Part shown: positions 38,046 to 47,909 of the stretch, piece after piece | Layout of the letters: every line of letters starts with the position of its first letter | Numbering within the stretch: the stretch's first letter is position 1 | Source of the DNA: Paracoccaceae bacterium | Lineage (GTDB): Bacteria; Pseudomonadota; Alphaproteobacteria; Rhodobacterales; Rhodobacteraceae | Reading direction: 5' to 3' | Length of the DNA stretch: 64,000 nt | Assembly: GCA_030148225.1 (NCBI GenBank) | Contig: JASBTX010000038.1 | Coordinates: 152,434 to 216,433 of the forward strand | Notes under the pieces: generated by a model | The model's database searches: none | Told to the model about the DNA's origin: nothing | Seen by the model: the letters and a program-made list of their open reading frames with translations, nothing else | Position numbers and translations under genes: made by a program

Positions 38046-38546
38046 ATGCGGGCGGTGTTGATGGCGGTAGGATTATTCTGGGCAACGGCCCTGGGGGCGC
38101 AGGTCAGTGATGATACCTGCCGCGTGGTGGCGCTGCAGCTCGATATCGATCCGTCAAAATGTGATGCGCCCGCGTCGGAAACTCCGGCAACATCCACCCC
38201 CGCCGAACGCGATTATCGCATCCATTTCCCAGAAGGATCGATTATTCTGGTCGATGAGTACCGGCGTCATCTGGATATGCTGGTCGGGCTTCTGCGCACG
38301 GAATTGCTGCATGACACCTGCCTCAGACTGGTGGGTCATAGCGATGCCACGGGCAAGGCCGCGGCAAATCAGAAACTCTCGGTCGCGCGTGCAGATGCGG
38401 TCAAGGCCTATATTGTTGAGCAATATCCCGAAGTCGCACCGCGTGTCGAAACCGCCGGGTTGGGCGATACCCTGCCGCTGGCGGGTTTTTCGGCGCGTGA
38501 TCCCTTTAACAGGCGGGTCGAGATTTTTGCCCGCCGCTGCCTTTGA
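38046..38546 (+). CDS. OmpA-like (peptidoglycan-associating) domain protein, secreted
   Basis: AAAGGAGG lies 5 nt before the ATG. Signal peptide MRAVLMAVGLFWATALGAQV. OmpA_C-like block LVGHSDATGKAAANQKLSVARADAVKAYI...NRRVEI. Confidence 0.7.
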   Translation: MRAVLMAVGLFWATALGAQVSDDTCRVVALQLDIDPSKCDAPASETPATSTPAERDYRIHFPEGSIILVDEYRRHLDMLVGLLRTELLHDTCLRLVGHSDATGKAAANQKLSVARADAVKAYIVEQYPEVAPRVETAGLGDTLPLAGFSARDPFNRRVEIFARRCL

Positions 38547-38603
38547 TCGCCGCACGGGTTTGGTGGCAGAACCGATCAGATCACAGGGCTGAGACGCCGG
38601 GTG

Positions 38604-41138
38604 CTAGTCGCGCGCGCGCAGAACCCGAGCCGGTCGCGCCGCAAGCGGCCTGAGCGCAAAGAACAGCCCGGCCAGCACCGTGGCCGCGCCGCCGCCAAAA
38701 ACGATCAGAAACGCAGATAGCCAGTTCATCTCGAACGCACTTTCCATCACGAACCGCATCACCGCCCATGCCGCAACGGTCCCGGCGATCAGGGCGATGA
38801 TCCCGGCCACCATACCCAAGAGCGCCGAACGGAGCGCAAAGCTGAAAAGAATGCGCGCGCGCGTGGCCCCCAATGTCCTGAGGATCGCTGCCTCGTACCG
38901 GCGCGCGGTTTCGCCCGCCGCCGAGGCCCCGATCAGCACGACAAGCCCCGTGGCCAGCGTCACACCCGCCCCGTAGGAAATCGCCGACGCCACACCGCGC
39001 AGGATATCGCTGACCCGGGCAATCGCGTCTCGCACGCGAATCGCCGTGATGTTGGGATATTGCCCGGCCAGATCGCGCAGGATCGCCGCCTCGGCATCCT
39101 CGCTGGCATAGACGGTCGAAATAAAGGTATGCGGTGCACCAGCCAGCGCCGAGGGGTTCATCGACAGGATAAAGCCGATCCCCACGGTCGAGAAATCAAC
39201 CTCGCGCAGGCTCGTCAGACGCGCTTCGATATCACGGCCCAGTATGTTGATCGTCAGCGTATCGCCCAGCTTCAGCCCCATCTCTGCGGCTTCGTCGGCG
39301 GCAAAACTGACCTGCGGCGGCCCGTCGTATTCGGGCGGCCACCATTCTCCGGCGGTCAGCTTGGTGCCGTCGGGCGGTAATGGCGAATAGGTCACGCCGC
39401 GATCGCCTTCGATCACCCAGTGATCACCCACAACCTCGCGCGCGGGGCGTCCGTTGATCCGAGTGATCAGCCCGCGCAGCATCGGCGCGGTATCAACCCG
39501 CGTCACCGCCGCATCACCCGATAGTCGTTCCATGAACCCGTCGATCTGGTCATTCTGGATGTCGACAAAGAAATACGACGGTGCCACCTCGGGCAGATCG
39601 CGGGAAATCGCGGCGCGCAGGTTGAAATCGACCTGTCCGATTGTGGCCAGCACCGTCAGCCCCAACCCCAGCGACAAGAGGACCGAGGTAGACTGTTCAC
39701 GCGGGCTGGCGATTGCCGCCAGCGCCAGACGGACCGCCGGTGCCCCGTGCAATGTACGGCGTCGCGCCAGCCATGCCGCCGCCAAACGCGTCAGGCCCGC
39801 CAGGAGGATCAGCACAAGGAATACCGCCATGATCCCGCCCGCCGTCCACAGCGCGAGGTCGGGATCGGTAGAGAAAAGCGTGATCGTGGCCAGAAGCAGC
39901 AGAATCAGCGACAGCGTCCAGACCAGATAGCGCCGCCGGGGCAGGGCGGGTGCTGCATCCAGCGCGTCCCGGAAAAGCGTTGCGGCACGGATATCCTCGG
40001 TCCGGGCCAGCGGCCAGAGCGTAAAAAGCGCTGCTGTCAGCGCACCGTAGAGCGCCGCCAGCAAAAGCGGGCCGGGATAAAGCGCCAGATCAAGCGGCAC
40101 CGGCAGGCGCGCCGTGATCACCGGGGAAACCAGCCAGGGCAGTACCAGCCCAAGGATCAGGCCCAGTACGATGCCCGCAATCGTCAGCACCGCGATCTGC
40201 AGCCCATAGCTCAGGAACACGACCTGCCGTTCGGCCCCGACGGAACGCAGGGTAGCGATCGTGTCGGTCTTGCGGCCCAGATAGACGCGGACGGCGGCGG
40301 ATATGCCGACCCCGCCCACTGCCAGCCCGGCCAGCCCCACCAGCACCAGAAAGGCCCCCAGATGCTCGATTACGTCTTCGATACCGGGTGCTGCATTCCG
40401 GGAATCCCGCCATCCCATGCCGGTGTCGCGAAACATCGTTTCAGCATCCTGCTGAATTGCGGGCAGTGCCGCGCCATCCTCCAGCAGCAGGCGGTATTTG
40501 GTTGAAAAGAGCGTCCCCGGTGTGATCAGCCCGGTACCATCCAGCGCCCGGCTCTGTACCAATGTGCGCGGTCCGAGTTCGAATCCACCGCCTGCGTTGT
40601 CCGGCTCGCTCAGGATCAGGGCGCGCAGTTCGAAATTGCCGGTGCCCATCGCAAACCGGTCGCCGGGTGACAGCCCCAGCCGGTCTGCCAGAATGGGTGC
40701 GATCACGGCCCCCGCCAATCCGTCGCGTTCTGACAGGGCCTCGGCCAGCGGCATCGCGGGCGAAAGCGTAACCTCACCGATCAGCGGATAGGCATCATCC
40801 ACCGCCTTGACCTGGGTCAGCCCACGCTCGGCCTGCCCGTCGCGTTCAACCACCACCATCGAGCGGAAATCGACGATCTCGGATACTGCACGGGCATTGT
40901 CTGTCATCCATGCCTGCTCGTCCTCGGCGGCAAAGCGATAGGTAAACTCCATCTGCGCATCACCACCCAAAAGCGTTGCGCCCTCGCGCGCCAGCCCCGA
41001 CAGGATCGCCTCGCGCACGGTGCCCACGGCGGCGATGGCCCCGACACCCAAGGCCAGACAGATCAGAAAGATGCGGAAACCGGCAATGCCGCCGCGCAGT
41101 TCGCGCCGGGCGATGCGCGCCGACTGGCCGAGCTTCAT
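38604..41138 (-). CDS. FtsX-family ABC transporter permease (YbbP-like, duplicated FtsX domains)
   Basis: 844 aa with about 10 TM helices and two FtsX-like repeats. It is translationally coupled to the upstream ATPase gene (ATGA overlap at 41135-41138). Confidence 0.8.
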   Translation of the reverse strand: MKLGQSARIARRELRGGIAGFRIFLICLALGVGAIAAVGTVREAILSGLAREGATLLGGDAQMEFTYRFAAEDEQAWMTDNARAVSEIVDFRSMVVVERDGQAERGLTQVKAVDDAYPLIGEVTLSPAMPLAEALSERDGLAGAVIAPILADRLGLSPGDRFAMGTGNFELRALILSEPDNAGGGFELGPRTLVQSRALDGTGLITPGTLFSTKYRLLLEDGAALPAIQQDAETMFRDTGMGWRDSRNAAPGIEDVIEHLGAFLVLVGLAGLAVGGVGISAAVRVYLGRKTDTIATLRSVGAERQVVFLSYGLQIAVLTIAGIVLGLILGLVLPWLVSPVITARLPVPLDLALYPGPLLLAALYGALTAALFTLWPLARTEDIRAATLFRDALDAAPALPRRRYLVWTLSLILLLLATITLFSTDPDLALWTAGGIMAVFLVLILLAGLTRLAAAWLARRRTLHGAPAVRLALAAIASPREQSTSVLLSLGLGLTVLATIGQVDFNLRAAISRDLPEVAPSYFFVDIQNDQIDGFMERLSGDAAVTRVDTAPMLRGLITRINGRPAREVVGDHWVIEGDRGVTYSPLPPDGTKLTAGEWWPPEYDGPPQVSFAADEAAEMGLKLGDTLTINILGRDIEARLTSLREVDFSTVGIGFILSMNPSALAGAPHTFISTVYASEDAEAAILRDLAGQYPNITAIRVRDAIARVSDILRGVASAISYGAGVTLATGLVVLIGASAAGETARRYEAAILRTLGATRARILFSFALRSALLGMVAGIIALIAGTVAAWAVMRFVMESAFEMNWLSAFLIVFGGGAATVLAGLFFALRPLAARPARVLRARD

Positions 41139-41824
41139 GCCGCTGCCCCTTGTGCAACTTCCAGCCTGCCGTCGCGCAAACCGACCGTGCGCGACGTGCG
41201 CGCGGCAAGGCTGCGGGAATGGGTGACCAGAACCAGCGTCGCGCCATGCCGTTCCGTCAGCGAAAACAAAAGATCGACAATCATGTCGCCAGTGGCACTG
41301 TCTAGGTTGCCCGTCGGCTCATCAGCCAGCAGGATTGCGGGCCGGGGGGCGGCGGCGCGGGCCAGCGCGACTCGCTGTTGTTCCCCGCCGGACATCTGCG
41401 CCGGGTAATGATCGGCGCGCGCCTCCAGCCCGACGGCGCTCAGCGCCTCATGCGCGCGGTCAAACGCATCGCCAACGCCTGCGAGTTCCAGCGGCGTGGC
41501 CACGTTTTCCAGCGCCGTCATCGTCGGGATCAGGTGAAAGGATTGGAAAACGATGCCCATATTGTCGCGCCGGAACCGCGCCAGCGCGTCTTCGTCCATA
41601 TGGGTCAGATCATGGCCCAGCGCCCGCACCTCGCCACCCGTGGCGGCCTCCAGCCCCCCCATCAGCATCAGGAGTGATGATTTGCCCGAACCGGACGGGC
41701 CGACAAGGCTGACGGTTTCACCGGCCTGAACCTCGAGCGTGATTCCATGCAGAATTTCGACCATTCCGGCATTGCCTTTCAGGGTCAGGCTTGCATCTTT
41801 GAGGGATAGGACAGGAGATTGCAT
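41135..41824 (-). CDS. ABC transporter ATP-binding protein (YbbA-like)
   Basis: GPSGSGKSSLL, MSGGEQQRVALARA, LLADEPTGNLD, VTHS. Start is ATG 41824 (MQSPVLSL) or 41830. Confidence 0.85.
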   Translation of the reverse strand: MQSPVLSLKDASLTLKGNAGMVEILHGITLEVQAGETVSLVGPSGSGKSSLLMLMGGLEAATGGEVRALGHDLTHMDEDALARFRRDNMGIVFQSFHLIPTMTALENVATPLELAGVGDAFDRAHEALSAVGLEARADHYPAQMSGGEQQRVALARAAAPRPAILLADEPTGNLDSATGDMIVDLLFSLTERHGATLVLVTHSRSLAARTSRTVGLRDGRLEVAQGAAA

Positions 41825-42518
41825 GATCATGACCACTCGAAAACCGGATTGTTCATGGGGATATGGTGCTCTGTCGTGGCTCCGCAAGGGGGTTTTCTGC
41901 GCGATCCTGCTTTGGGCGGTGCCGTTGCATGCGCAACCGGTCACCATTGCCGCGCTTGGCGACAGCCTGACACAAGGCTATGGCCTGCCCGATGGCGATG
42001 GTCTGGTGCCGCAATTGCAGCGCTATCTGGACGCCGCCGGAGAGGAGGTAACGCTGATCAATGCCGGTGTCTCGGGCGATACCACGGCGGGCGGGCTGGC
42101 CCGGATTGGCTGGACGCTTGGTGATGATATCGATGCGCTGATCGTGACGCTTGGCGGCAATGACGTTCTGCGCGGGATCGCCCCCGAAGTGGCGCGCGCC
42201 AATCTCGACGGGATACTCGGTGCCGCAGGTGCGCTGCCGGTCCTTTTGATCGGGATCGAGGCGCCGGGGAATTACGGCCCGGATTACAAACGCGATTTTG
42301 AGGCGATATATCCCGACTTATCAGATAAATACGGCACGCTTCTGATCCAAAATTTCTTTGATGCCCTTCAGGATGATAGCGGCGCCATCGGTAATGCGCG
42401 CGACTTCATGCAAAGCGACGGCATCCACCCCAACGCCAATGGCGTGGCCCGCATCGTCAACCGGATGGGCCCTGTGGTTCAGGAGTTGATTGCAAAGGCG
42501 CGCAGCAGGCAAGATTAG
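41823..42518 (+). CDS. SGNH/GDSL arylesterase / acyl-CoA thioesterase I-like
   Basis: AGGAGA lies 5 nt before the ATG. Signal-like N-terminus, catalytic GDSLTQGYG, and GGND and DGIHPN blocks. The arrangement matches tesA-ybbA-ybbP of enterobacteria. Confidence 0.8.
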   Translation: MIMTTRKPDCSWGYGALSWLRKGVFCAILLWAVPLHAQPVTIAALGDSLTQGYGLPDGDGLVPQLQRYLDAAGEEVTLINAGVSGDTTAGGLARIGWTLGDDIDALIVTLGGNDVLRGIAPEVARANLDGILGAAGALPVLLIGIEAPGNYGPDYKRDFEAIYPDLSDKYGTLLIQNFFDALQDDSGAIGNARDFMQSDGIHPNANGVARIVNRMGPVVQELIAKARSRQD

Positions 42519-42560
42519 GGGCTGAGCCCAGACCGCTGCGCGCCGAAAAGGGGCCGTCCG

Positions 42561-43613
42561 TCAGGAGGCCCGGCGCCTGCGCCGTCCGCCCGCGCGGCCG
42601 CCGCCGCCCGCCGCATCGGCAGGTTTGTTAAAGGCAATCCATGCCCCGCCATGCGGATCGTTATCGGTCAGGAAATTCGCTGCGCGGATTGCCGCCATCT
42701 CGCTGCCCGGGCGCGATTTGGTCGAGCCGAGGCCCGTCAGCCCCGCCAGCACCTCAGGATCGATATCCTCGGGCACGATGATGCCCGCCGCCGCCAGCTC
42801 CTGCTTTTTGGCTTCGAGTTTGGCGGCGCCGACGGGCAGGGCGACCGGGTTCATGATCGCCGAGGTCATGCCCGCCCCCATCGCCATCGGCAGAAAGGCA
42901 TTGTTGATCCCGTGCCGGTTTGGCAGGCCGAACGAGATATTCGAGGCCCCGCAGGTCGTGTTCACGCCAAGTTCCTCGCGCAGACGTCTGACCAGCGCAA
43001 AAACCTGAAGCCCTGCCGTTGCCATCGCGCCCACCGGCATGACCAGCGGATCGACCACGATATCATGGGCGGGAATGCCGAAATCGGCGGCACGCTCGAC
43101 GATTTTCCGCGCGACGGCAAAGCGGACATCGGGGTCCTCGGAAATGCCGGTATCGTCATTCGAAATCGCCACGACGGGCACGTTGTATTTCTTGACCAAG
43201 GGCAGGATCGCTTCCAGCCGCTCTTCCTCGCCCGTGACCGAGTTCAGAAGCGGGCGGCCCTCGCAGACCTCAAGCCCTTTTTCCAGCGCGCCCGGCACCG
43301 AACTGTCGATGCAAAGCGGCACATCCACCAGCCCCTGTACCAGTTCGATCATCCGGCCCATCAGTGGCGGCTCTGTCTGGTTGGGATCGGGGTTGGAGTT
43401 GTAAACAACGCCCGCATTCACATCCAGAATATTGGCCCCGGCGGCAACCTGTGCCAGCGCGTCCTTTTCGACGGTCGAAAAATCGCCCGCCTCCAGTTCA
43501 GCAGCCAGTTTCTTACGCCCGGTCGGATTGATCCGTTCACCGATCACGCAAAAAGGCTGATCAAAGCCGATGACGGCGGTTTTCGTTTTGGATTCGACGA
43601 CGGTCTTGGTCAT
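42561..43613 (-). CDS. methyltetrahydrofolate:corrinoid methyltransferase (stand-alone MetH pterin-binding module)
   Basis: FCVIGERINPTGRKK..., ILDVNAG, LCIDSS, LNSV and GASNISFGLP are typical of the pterin-binding/MeTr TIM barrel. The C-terminus ends GGRRRRRAS. Confidence 0.8.
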   Translation of the reverse strand: MTKTVVESKTKTAVIGFDQPFCVIGERINPTGRKKLAAELEAGDFSTVEKDALAQVAAGANILDVNAGVVYNSNPDPNQTEPPLMGRMIELVQGLVDVPLCIDSSVPGALEKGLEVCEGRPLLNSVTGEEERLEAILPLVKKYNVPVVAISNDDTGISEDPDVRFAVARKIVERAADFGIPAHDIVVDPLVMPVGAMATAGLQVFALVRRLREELGVNTTCGASNISFGLPNRHGINNAFLPMAMGAGMTSAIMNPVALPVGAAKLEAKKQELAAAGIIVPEDIDPEVLAGLTGLGSTKSRPGSEMAAIRAANFLTDNDPHGGAWIAFNKPADAAGGGGRAGGRRRRRAS

Positions 43614-43624
43614 CCTCGGGCCTT

Positions 43625-44551
43625 TCAGGCTTGGGCCGCGGGAACGCCCGATGCGCCCCCATGCTCGATCGCCCAGTTTGCGTTGGTCTTGATGCCGCCC
43701 AGCGGAAAGAAATGCACCCGTTCGATGTTGAAATCCGGGTTGGCAGCCTTGTGCCGGGCAAGATCGGCAATGAATTCGTCCGGCTCGAAGGGCAGCAACA
43801 GCTTGGTCACGTCCTTTGCCCGCCGCTGCAGCACCCGCAGGGACGCGCCGACGCCGCAGGCGATTGAAAACTTGATCAAAGTCTGAAGCTTGGCCGGTCC
43901 GGCCACGCCGATATGAACCGGAATGTCGATCCCGTTTTCACGCAGCATATCGGCCCATTCGATGACGGGTCCGGCCTCGAAACAGAACTGGGTCGCCAGC
44001 GCCATTTCGGCATCCGTCCGCTGGGAAAATGCCTGTTTCCAGCCCAGCGCATCCATCACATTGCGGGTCGAGCCGTCGGGATCGATATCCTTGTTGCCCT
44101 CGGGATGGCCGGCGACATGCAGACGTTTAAAACCCGCCTTGTCAAAAAGCCCGGTTTCCAGAAGCTGCATGGACGAGTGGAAATCGCCATAGGGTTTATC
44201 GACACCACCGGCCAGCAACAATGCCTGCGAAACACCGGCCTCACCCTGATAGCGCGCGATCCAGTCCCCCAGCATTGCCGCGTCCTGAATGATGCGGGCG
44301 GGAAAATGCGGCATGACCACATAGCCTTCACCGGCCAGCCGACTGGCGGTTTTGACCATGTCCTCGATCGGTGTGCCTTCGATATGGGCGATATAGACCC
44401 GCGTCCCCGCGGGCAGCAGCGCGCGGAAATCCTCGATCTTTTCGGCTGTGCGCGGCATCACCTCGATGGAATAGCCGTCCAGAAATGCCTCGACCTCGGG
44501 TGTTACCGCCGCGGGGGTCTCTTCCTTGCGTTTGAACTGCAAAAGCGACAT
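43625..44551 (-). CDS. methylenetetrahydrofolate reductase family protein
   Basis: MTHFR-like TIM-barrel pattern (YSIEVMPRT...HVAGHPEG...ATQFCFE). Start set at MSLLQFKRK after AAGGA; the track ORF extends to 44602. Confidence 0.7.
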   Translation of the reverse strand: MSLLQFKRKEETPAAVTPEVEAFLDGYSIEVMPRTAEKIEDFRALLPAGTRVYIAHIEGTPIEDMVKTASRLAGEGYVVMPHFPARIIQDAAMLGDWIARYQGEAGVSQALLLAGGVDKPYGDFHSSMQLLETGLFDKAGFKRLHVAGHPEGNKDIDPDGSTRNVMDALGWKQAFSQRTDAEMALATQFCFEAGPVIEWADMLRENGIDIPVHIGVAGPAKLQTLIKFSIACGVGASLRVLQRRAKDVTKLLLPFEPDEFIADLARHKAANPDFNIERVHFFPLGGIKTNANWAIEHGGASGVPAAQA

Positions 44552-44585
44552 CAGCCAATCCTTCATTGCACGCGGGGGCGGGGCC

Positions 44586-44882
44586 TCATGCCCAGCCGTC
44601 ATTATCGATCAGCGCCCTGATCCGGTCAGCGGTGTAATCCGCCTCCAGCCGTGCCGCTTCGCTTTGGGCGATATCGGTGGCCTCACCCTCGATCTGAACC
44701 GGCGGCGCCTTGCGCCATTCCGCCAGATAGGAATCGGTATCCTTGGCGTCAATCTTCATCGCACAGCGGTCAATCGCCTGCTCGAAACGCTCGGCAAGCT
44801 GCACCTTCGCGCCTCGCCGTCCCTTGCCCACGATCACCTGGGCCGGAATATCGCGCCAGTACACAATTGTCACATCAGGCAT
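44586..44882 (-). CDS. small protein of the so-called virulence-factor family, usually linked to MTHFR/MeTr genes
   Basis: 98 aa (MPDVTIVYWRDIPAQVIVGKG...). It is the first gene of the three-gene minus-strand unit. The family call is from memory. Confidence 0.55.
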   Translation of the reverse strand: MPDVTIVYWRDIPAQVIVGKGRRGAKVQLAERFEQAIDRCAMKIDAKDTDSYLAEWRKAPPVQIEGEATDIAQSEAARLEADYTADRIRALIDNDGWA

Positions 44883-45090
44883 GTTGATTCCCCGCTATAC
44901 GGATCGCTTGTAGGCGAGGTGCCGCCCCACACCCGGTCTTTTTTCGACATCACACGAAACGCCAGCGACGCCCGGCACACCCGCTCATAGCCCAGCGGCG
45001 CGTATCGCAACAGCCCGCAAAGGCCGCTGACGCCATGAAATCTCTGCATCACCATTATGAGAGATACGCGCCCACCCCGGAACGACCGGC

Positions 45091-45726
45091 TCAGAAATCG
45101 TGGGCCACCGCCCCTGATATCGCCAGAAAATAGCAGATCGTGCCCGCCAGCACAAAGATATGCCAGATCGCGATGGAAAACCTGAGCCGCTCCCAGAGAA
45201 AGAAAATCAGCCCCGACGTATAGATCACGCCCCCCAGCACCATCAGCAGCGCGACCTCCGGCGCCTCGGTATAGATCGGGCGAAACAGCGTCAGCCCGAA
45301 CCAGGCCAGCGGCACATATATCGCCAGGTCCAGCATCACCGGCAACCGCGAAAACCAGAGCTTCTGCGCCGCCGCCATCAGCGCCACCACCCAGACCAGC
45401 GCCAGAACCACATGCGCATAGCCTGTGCCCAGCATCAGCGCCAGCGGCGTATAGGTGCCCGCGATCTTGATGAAAATCGCGGCCTGATCGAAGCGGCGCA
45501 GCATCGGGCGGCTCCGCTCGTACGGGGTCATGTGATAGGCGCAGGAAAAGGCCAGCATCAGGATCAGCGTAACCGCATAAATGCCCAGCCCGACAGCTTC
45601 GGTCAGCGTGACACGGTCCGAGAACAGGATCGCGGCAAAAATGATCCCCAACACCGCCGTCGAGAGACCAAAGGCGTGCACCACGCCATCGGCCATCTTT
45701 TCTCGCATTACGGTTTCCGGATTCAT
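45091..45726 (-). CDS. hemolysin III / PAQR-family membrane protein
   Basis: 7 TM helices, with YHMT...RRFDQAAIFIKIAGTYTP and a C-terminal HIFVLAG motif. Confidence 0.8.
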   Translation of the reverse strand: MNPETVMREKMADGVVHAFGLSTAVLGIIFAAILFSDRVTLTEAVGLGIYAVTLILMLAFSCAYHMTPYERSRPMLRRFDQAAIFIKIAGTYTPLALMLGTGYAHVVLALVWVVALMAAAQKLWFSRLPVMLDLAIYVPLAWFGLTLFRPIYTEAPEVALLMVLGGVIYTSGLIFFLWERLRFSIAIWHIFVLAGTICYFLAISGAVAHDF

Positions 45727-45921
45727 CTCGCTCGGCCCCGGTTTGATTTCATTCTTGTTCTTTCAGGCGTTCCGCCCGGTCCGAATGCAAAAATCGGCGG
45801 CGCGAAAGCCCCATTCCCGGACATGGAATCACAAAAATCGGGCGCCAATAGGGCAATCTCGGGGCTTGCGGGATTTGCGGCGGCTGATTACGCTCAACCC
45901 AACAAGTGAAAGGCCAGTCAG

Positions 45922-47049
45922 ATGGCGCCCCGCAAAATCCAAGGCGCGGGGCCGTTCCCGAAACCGGTTGAGCGCGCCGCGCCTCAGATCATTTCGCAAC
46001 CGCCCGATCCGGCGGACCTTTACGCTGCGCTCGATCTCGGCACCAATTCCTGCCGTATGCTGATCGCCCAGCCCAAGGGTACGCAGTTGCATGTCGTCGA
46101 CAGCTTTTCCAAATCCGTGCAGCTTGGCAGCGGGCTCGAGGCCTATGGCCGCCTGTCGCGGGCATCGATGGCGCGTGCCATCGGGGCGCTGAAAATCTGC
46201 CAGAAGAAACTTTCGCGCCACAAGGTGCGCCGCATGCGCCTCGTGGCGACCGAGGCCTGCCGCCGCGCCTCGAACGCGCGCGAATTCATCCGCCTCGTCA
46301 AACGCGAAACCGGGCTTGAGCTGTCCATCATCGAACCCGAGGAAGAGGCCCGCCTCGCGGTCGTGTCCTGCGCGCCGCTGGTCTCAACCAAGACCGAGCA
46401 GCTTCTCGTGATGGATATCGGCGGCGGCTCGACCGAGCTTGTCTGGATCGATATCAGCCGCGTGCCCAAACATGACCGCCCGCGCGCCATCATGCGCCTG
46501 CATTCGGGCTTCGAGGCCGGGGCCAGTGAATTGCCCGGCGCCAAGGTCGTGGACTGGATATCCGTCCCTCTCGGCGTCGCCACGCTCAAGGATCAGTTCG
46601 ACGATGTCGATGACGATGCCGGTCGCTTTGCGCTGATGAGCTGGTTTTTCGAGGAAAACCTCGCCGATTTTTCCCCTTACAAGGATGCCGAGGGCGTGCG
46701 CGAGGGTTTTCAGATCATCGGCACCAGCGGCACGGTCACCACCGTCGCCGCCAGCCATCTCGGCCTCAAGCGCTATGACCGCAACAAGGTCGACGGTCTG
46801 CGCATGACATCCGACCAGATCGATTCCGTCATTCAGGGCTACCTGGCCATGGGCCCCGCCGGGCGCCGCGCCGATGCCCGGATCGGGCGCGACCGTCACA
46901 CCCTGATCATGAGCGGCGCCGCCATCCTGCAGGCGCTCCTGCGTGTCTGGCCGACCGACCGGCTGTCGGTGGCCGACCGTGGCCTGCGCGAAGGGCTGCT
47001 TTATGCTCAGATGAGCGAGGATGGCGTGCTCGATGACGGCCCGTTCTGA
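45922..47049 (+). CDS. Ppx/GppA-family phosphatase (exopolyphosphatase-like)
   Basis: ALDLGTNSCRMLIA, DIGGGSTE and GTSGTVTT are actin-like ATPase-fold motifs of Ppx/GppA. Confidence 0.8.
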   Translation: MAPRKIQGAGPFPKPVERAAPQIISQPPDPADLYAALDLGTNSCRMLIAQPKGTQLHVVDSFSKSVQLGSGLEAYGRLSRASMARAIGALKICQKKLSRHKVRRMRLVATEACRRASNAREFIRLVKRETGLELSIIEPEEEARLAVVSCAPLVSTKTEQLLVMDIGGGSTELVWIDISRVPKHDRPRAIMRLHSGFEAGASELPGAKVVDWISVPLGVATLKDQFDDVDDDAGRFALMSWFFEENLADFSPYKDAEGVREGFQIIGTSGTVTTVAASHLGLKRYDRNKVDGLRMTSDQIDSVIQGYLAMGPAGRRADARIGRDRHTLIMSGAAILQALLRVWPTDRLSVADRGLREGLLYAQMSEDGVLDDGPF

Positions 47050-47115
47050 ACCGTCTTTCATTGTTCTGACAATACCTTGGGGGTGAATGCGGTCCGGCGG
47101 CACGCCGGATCGGAG

Positions 47116-47139
47116 AGGGGGCAACGCCCCTTGTTCTTG
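47116..47139 (+). terminator. weak candidate terminator after ppx-like gene
   Basis: GGGGC-aac-GCCCC, extendable by G-U and A-U pairs, followed by TTGTTCTTG. The stem is short and the loop minimal. Confidence 0.3.
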
Positions 47140-47207
47140 CCCCGTCGGACCTGCCGTCAGATTTCCGCAGGCTTGCAACACCCCGCCCGAGGCGCTATCG
47201 CCCGCCC

Positions 47208-47909
47208 ATGCCCAGGAAATCATCCGGCCGCGGGCGGCGCGACCTCACGGTCAAGGTCAAATCGGCGCGCGGTCGCAAACTCAGCTCCACGCTCTGGCTT
47301 CAGCGCCAGCTCAACGATCCTTACGTCCGCCGCGCCCAGGCCGAGGGCTATCGCGGTCGTGCGGCCTACAAGATCCTCGAACTGGATGACAAGTACCGCT
47401 TTCTGGTGCCCGGTGCCCGCGTGGTCGATCTTGGCTGCGCGCCGGGGGGCTGGTGTCAGGTGGCGGTGGCGCGGGTCAACGCACTGGGGCAGCGCCCCGA
47501 CAAAAAGACGGGCAGGGTCCTTGGCATCGACCTGCAGGAGGTGGAGCCGATTGCCGGGGCCGAGATCCACCAGCTCGATTTCATGTCCGATGATGCCGAC
47601 CAGCAGGTGAAAACCTGGCTGGGTGGGCGGGCGGATGTCGTCATGAGCGATATGGCCGCAGCCTCTTCGGGCCATAAACAGACCGATCACCTCCGGATCA
47701 TCGCGCTTTGCGAGGCGGCCGCCTATCTCGCCTTTGACGTGCTCGAAGAGGGGGGCACGTTTGTCTCCAAGGTGCTGGCGGGCGGGGCCGAGGGCGATCT
47801 GCAGAAACTGCTCAAGCAGAAATTTGCCAGGGTGGCCAATGTCAAACCACCCGCCAGCCGCGCCGACAGTTCGGAAAAATTCGTGGTCGCGACAGGCTTC
47901 AGGGCCTAG
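47208..47909 (+). CDS. rlmE: 23S rRNA (uridine2552-2'-O)-methyltransferase
   Basis: [12 protein letters not shown]...GYR.RAAYKL.ELD, DLG.APGGW, and DVVMSDMA. Confidence 0.9.
   Translation: MPRKSSGRGRRDLTVKVKSARGRKLSSTLWLQRQLNDPYVRRAQAEGYRGRAAYKILELDDKYRFLVPGARVVDLGCAPGGWCQVAVARVNALGQRPDKKTGRVLGIDLQEVEPIAGAEIHQLDFMSDDADQQVKTWLGGRADVVMSDMAAASSGHKQTDHLRIIALCEAAAYLAFDVLEEGGTFVSKVLAGGAEGDLQKLLKQKFARVANVKPPASRADSSEKFVVATGFRA

Noticed and set aside
25302-38603. The glucan locus as a tRNA-integrated mobile genomic island
   Set aside because: I found no integrase, recombinase or transposase gene. I found no direct repeat of the tRNA 3' end at the far boundary (38.5-38.6 kb). Apart from parts of one gene, the GC content looks like the flanking DNA. 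tRNA adjacency alone is not sufficient evidence.
44883-45090. Possible SAM or cobalamin riboswitch in the ~200-nt leader of the MTHFR/MeTr operon
   Set aside because: I could not recognise SAM-II, SAM-V or B12-box consensus elements by eye. A covariance-model scan (Rfam/Infernal) would be needed, so no claim is made.
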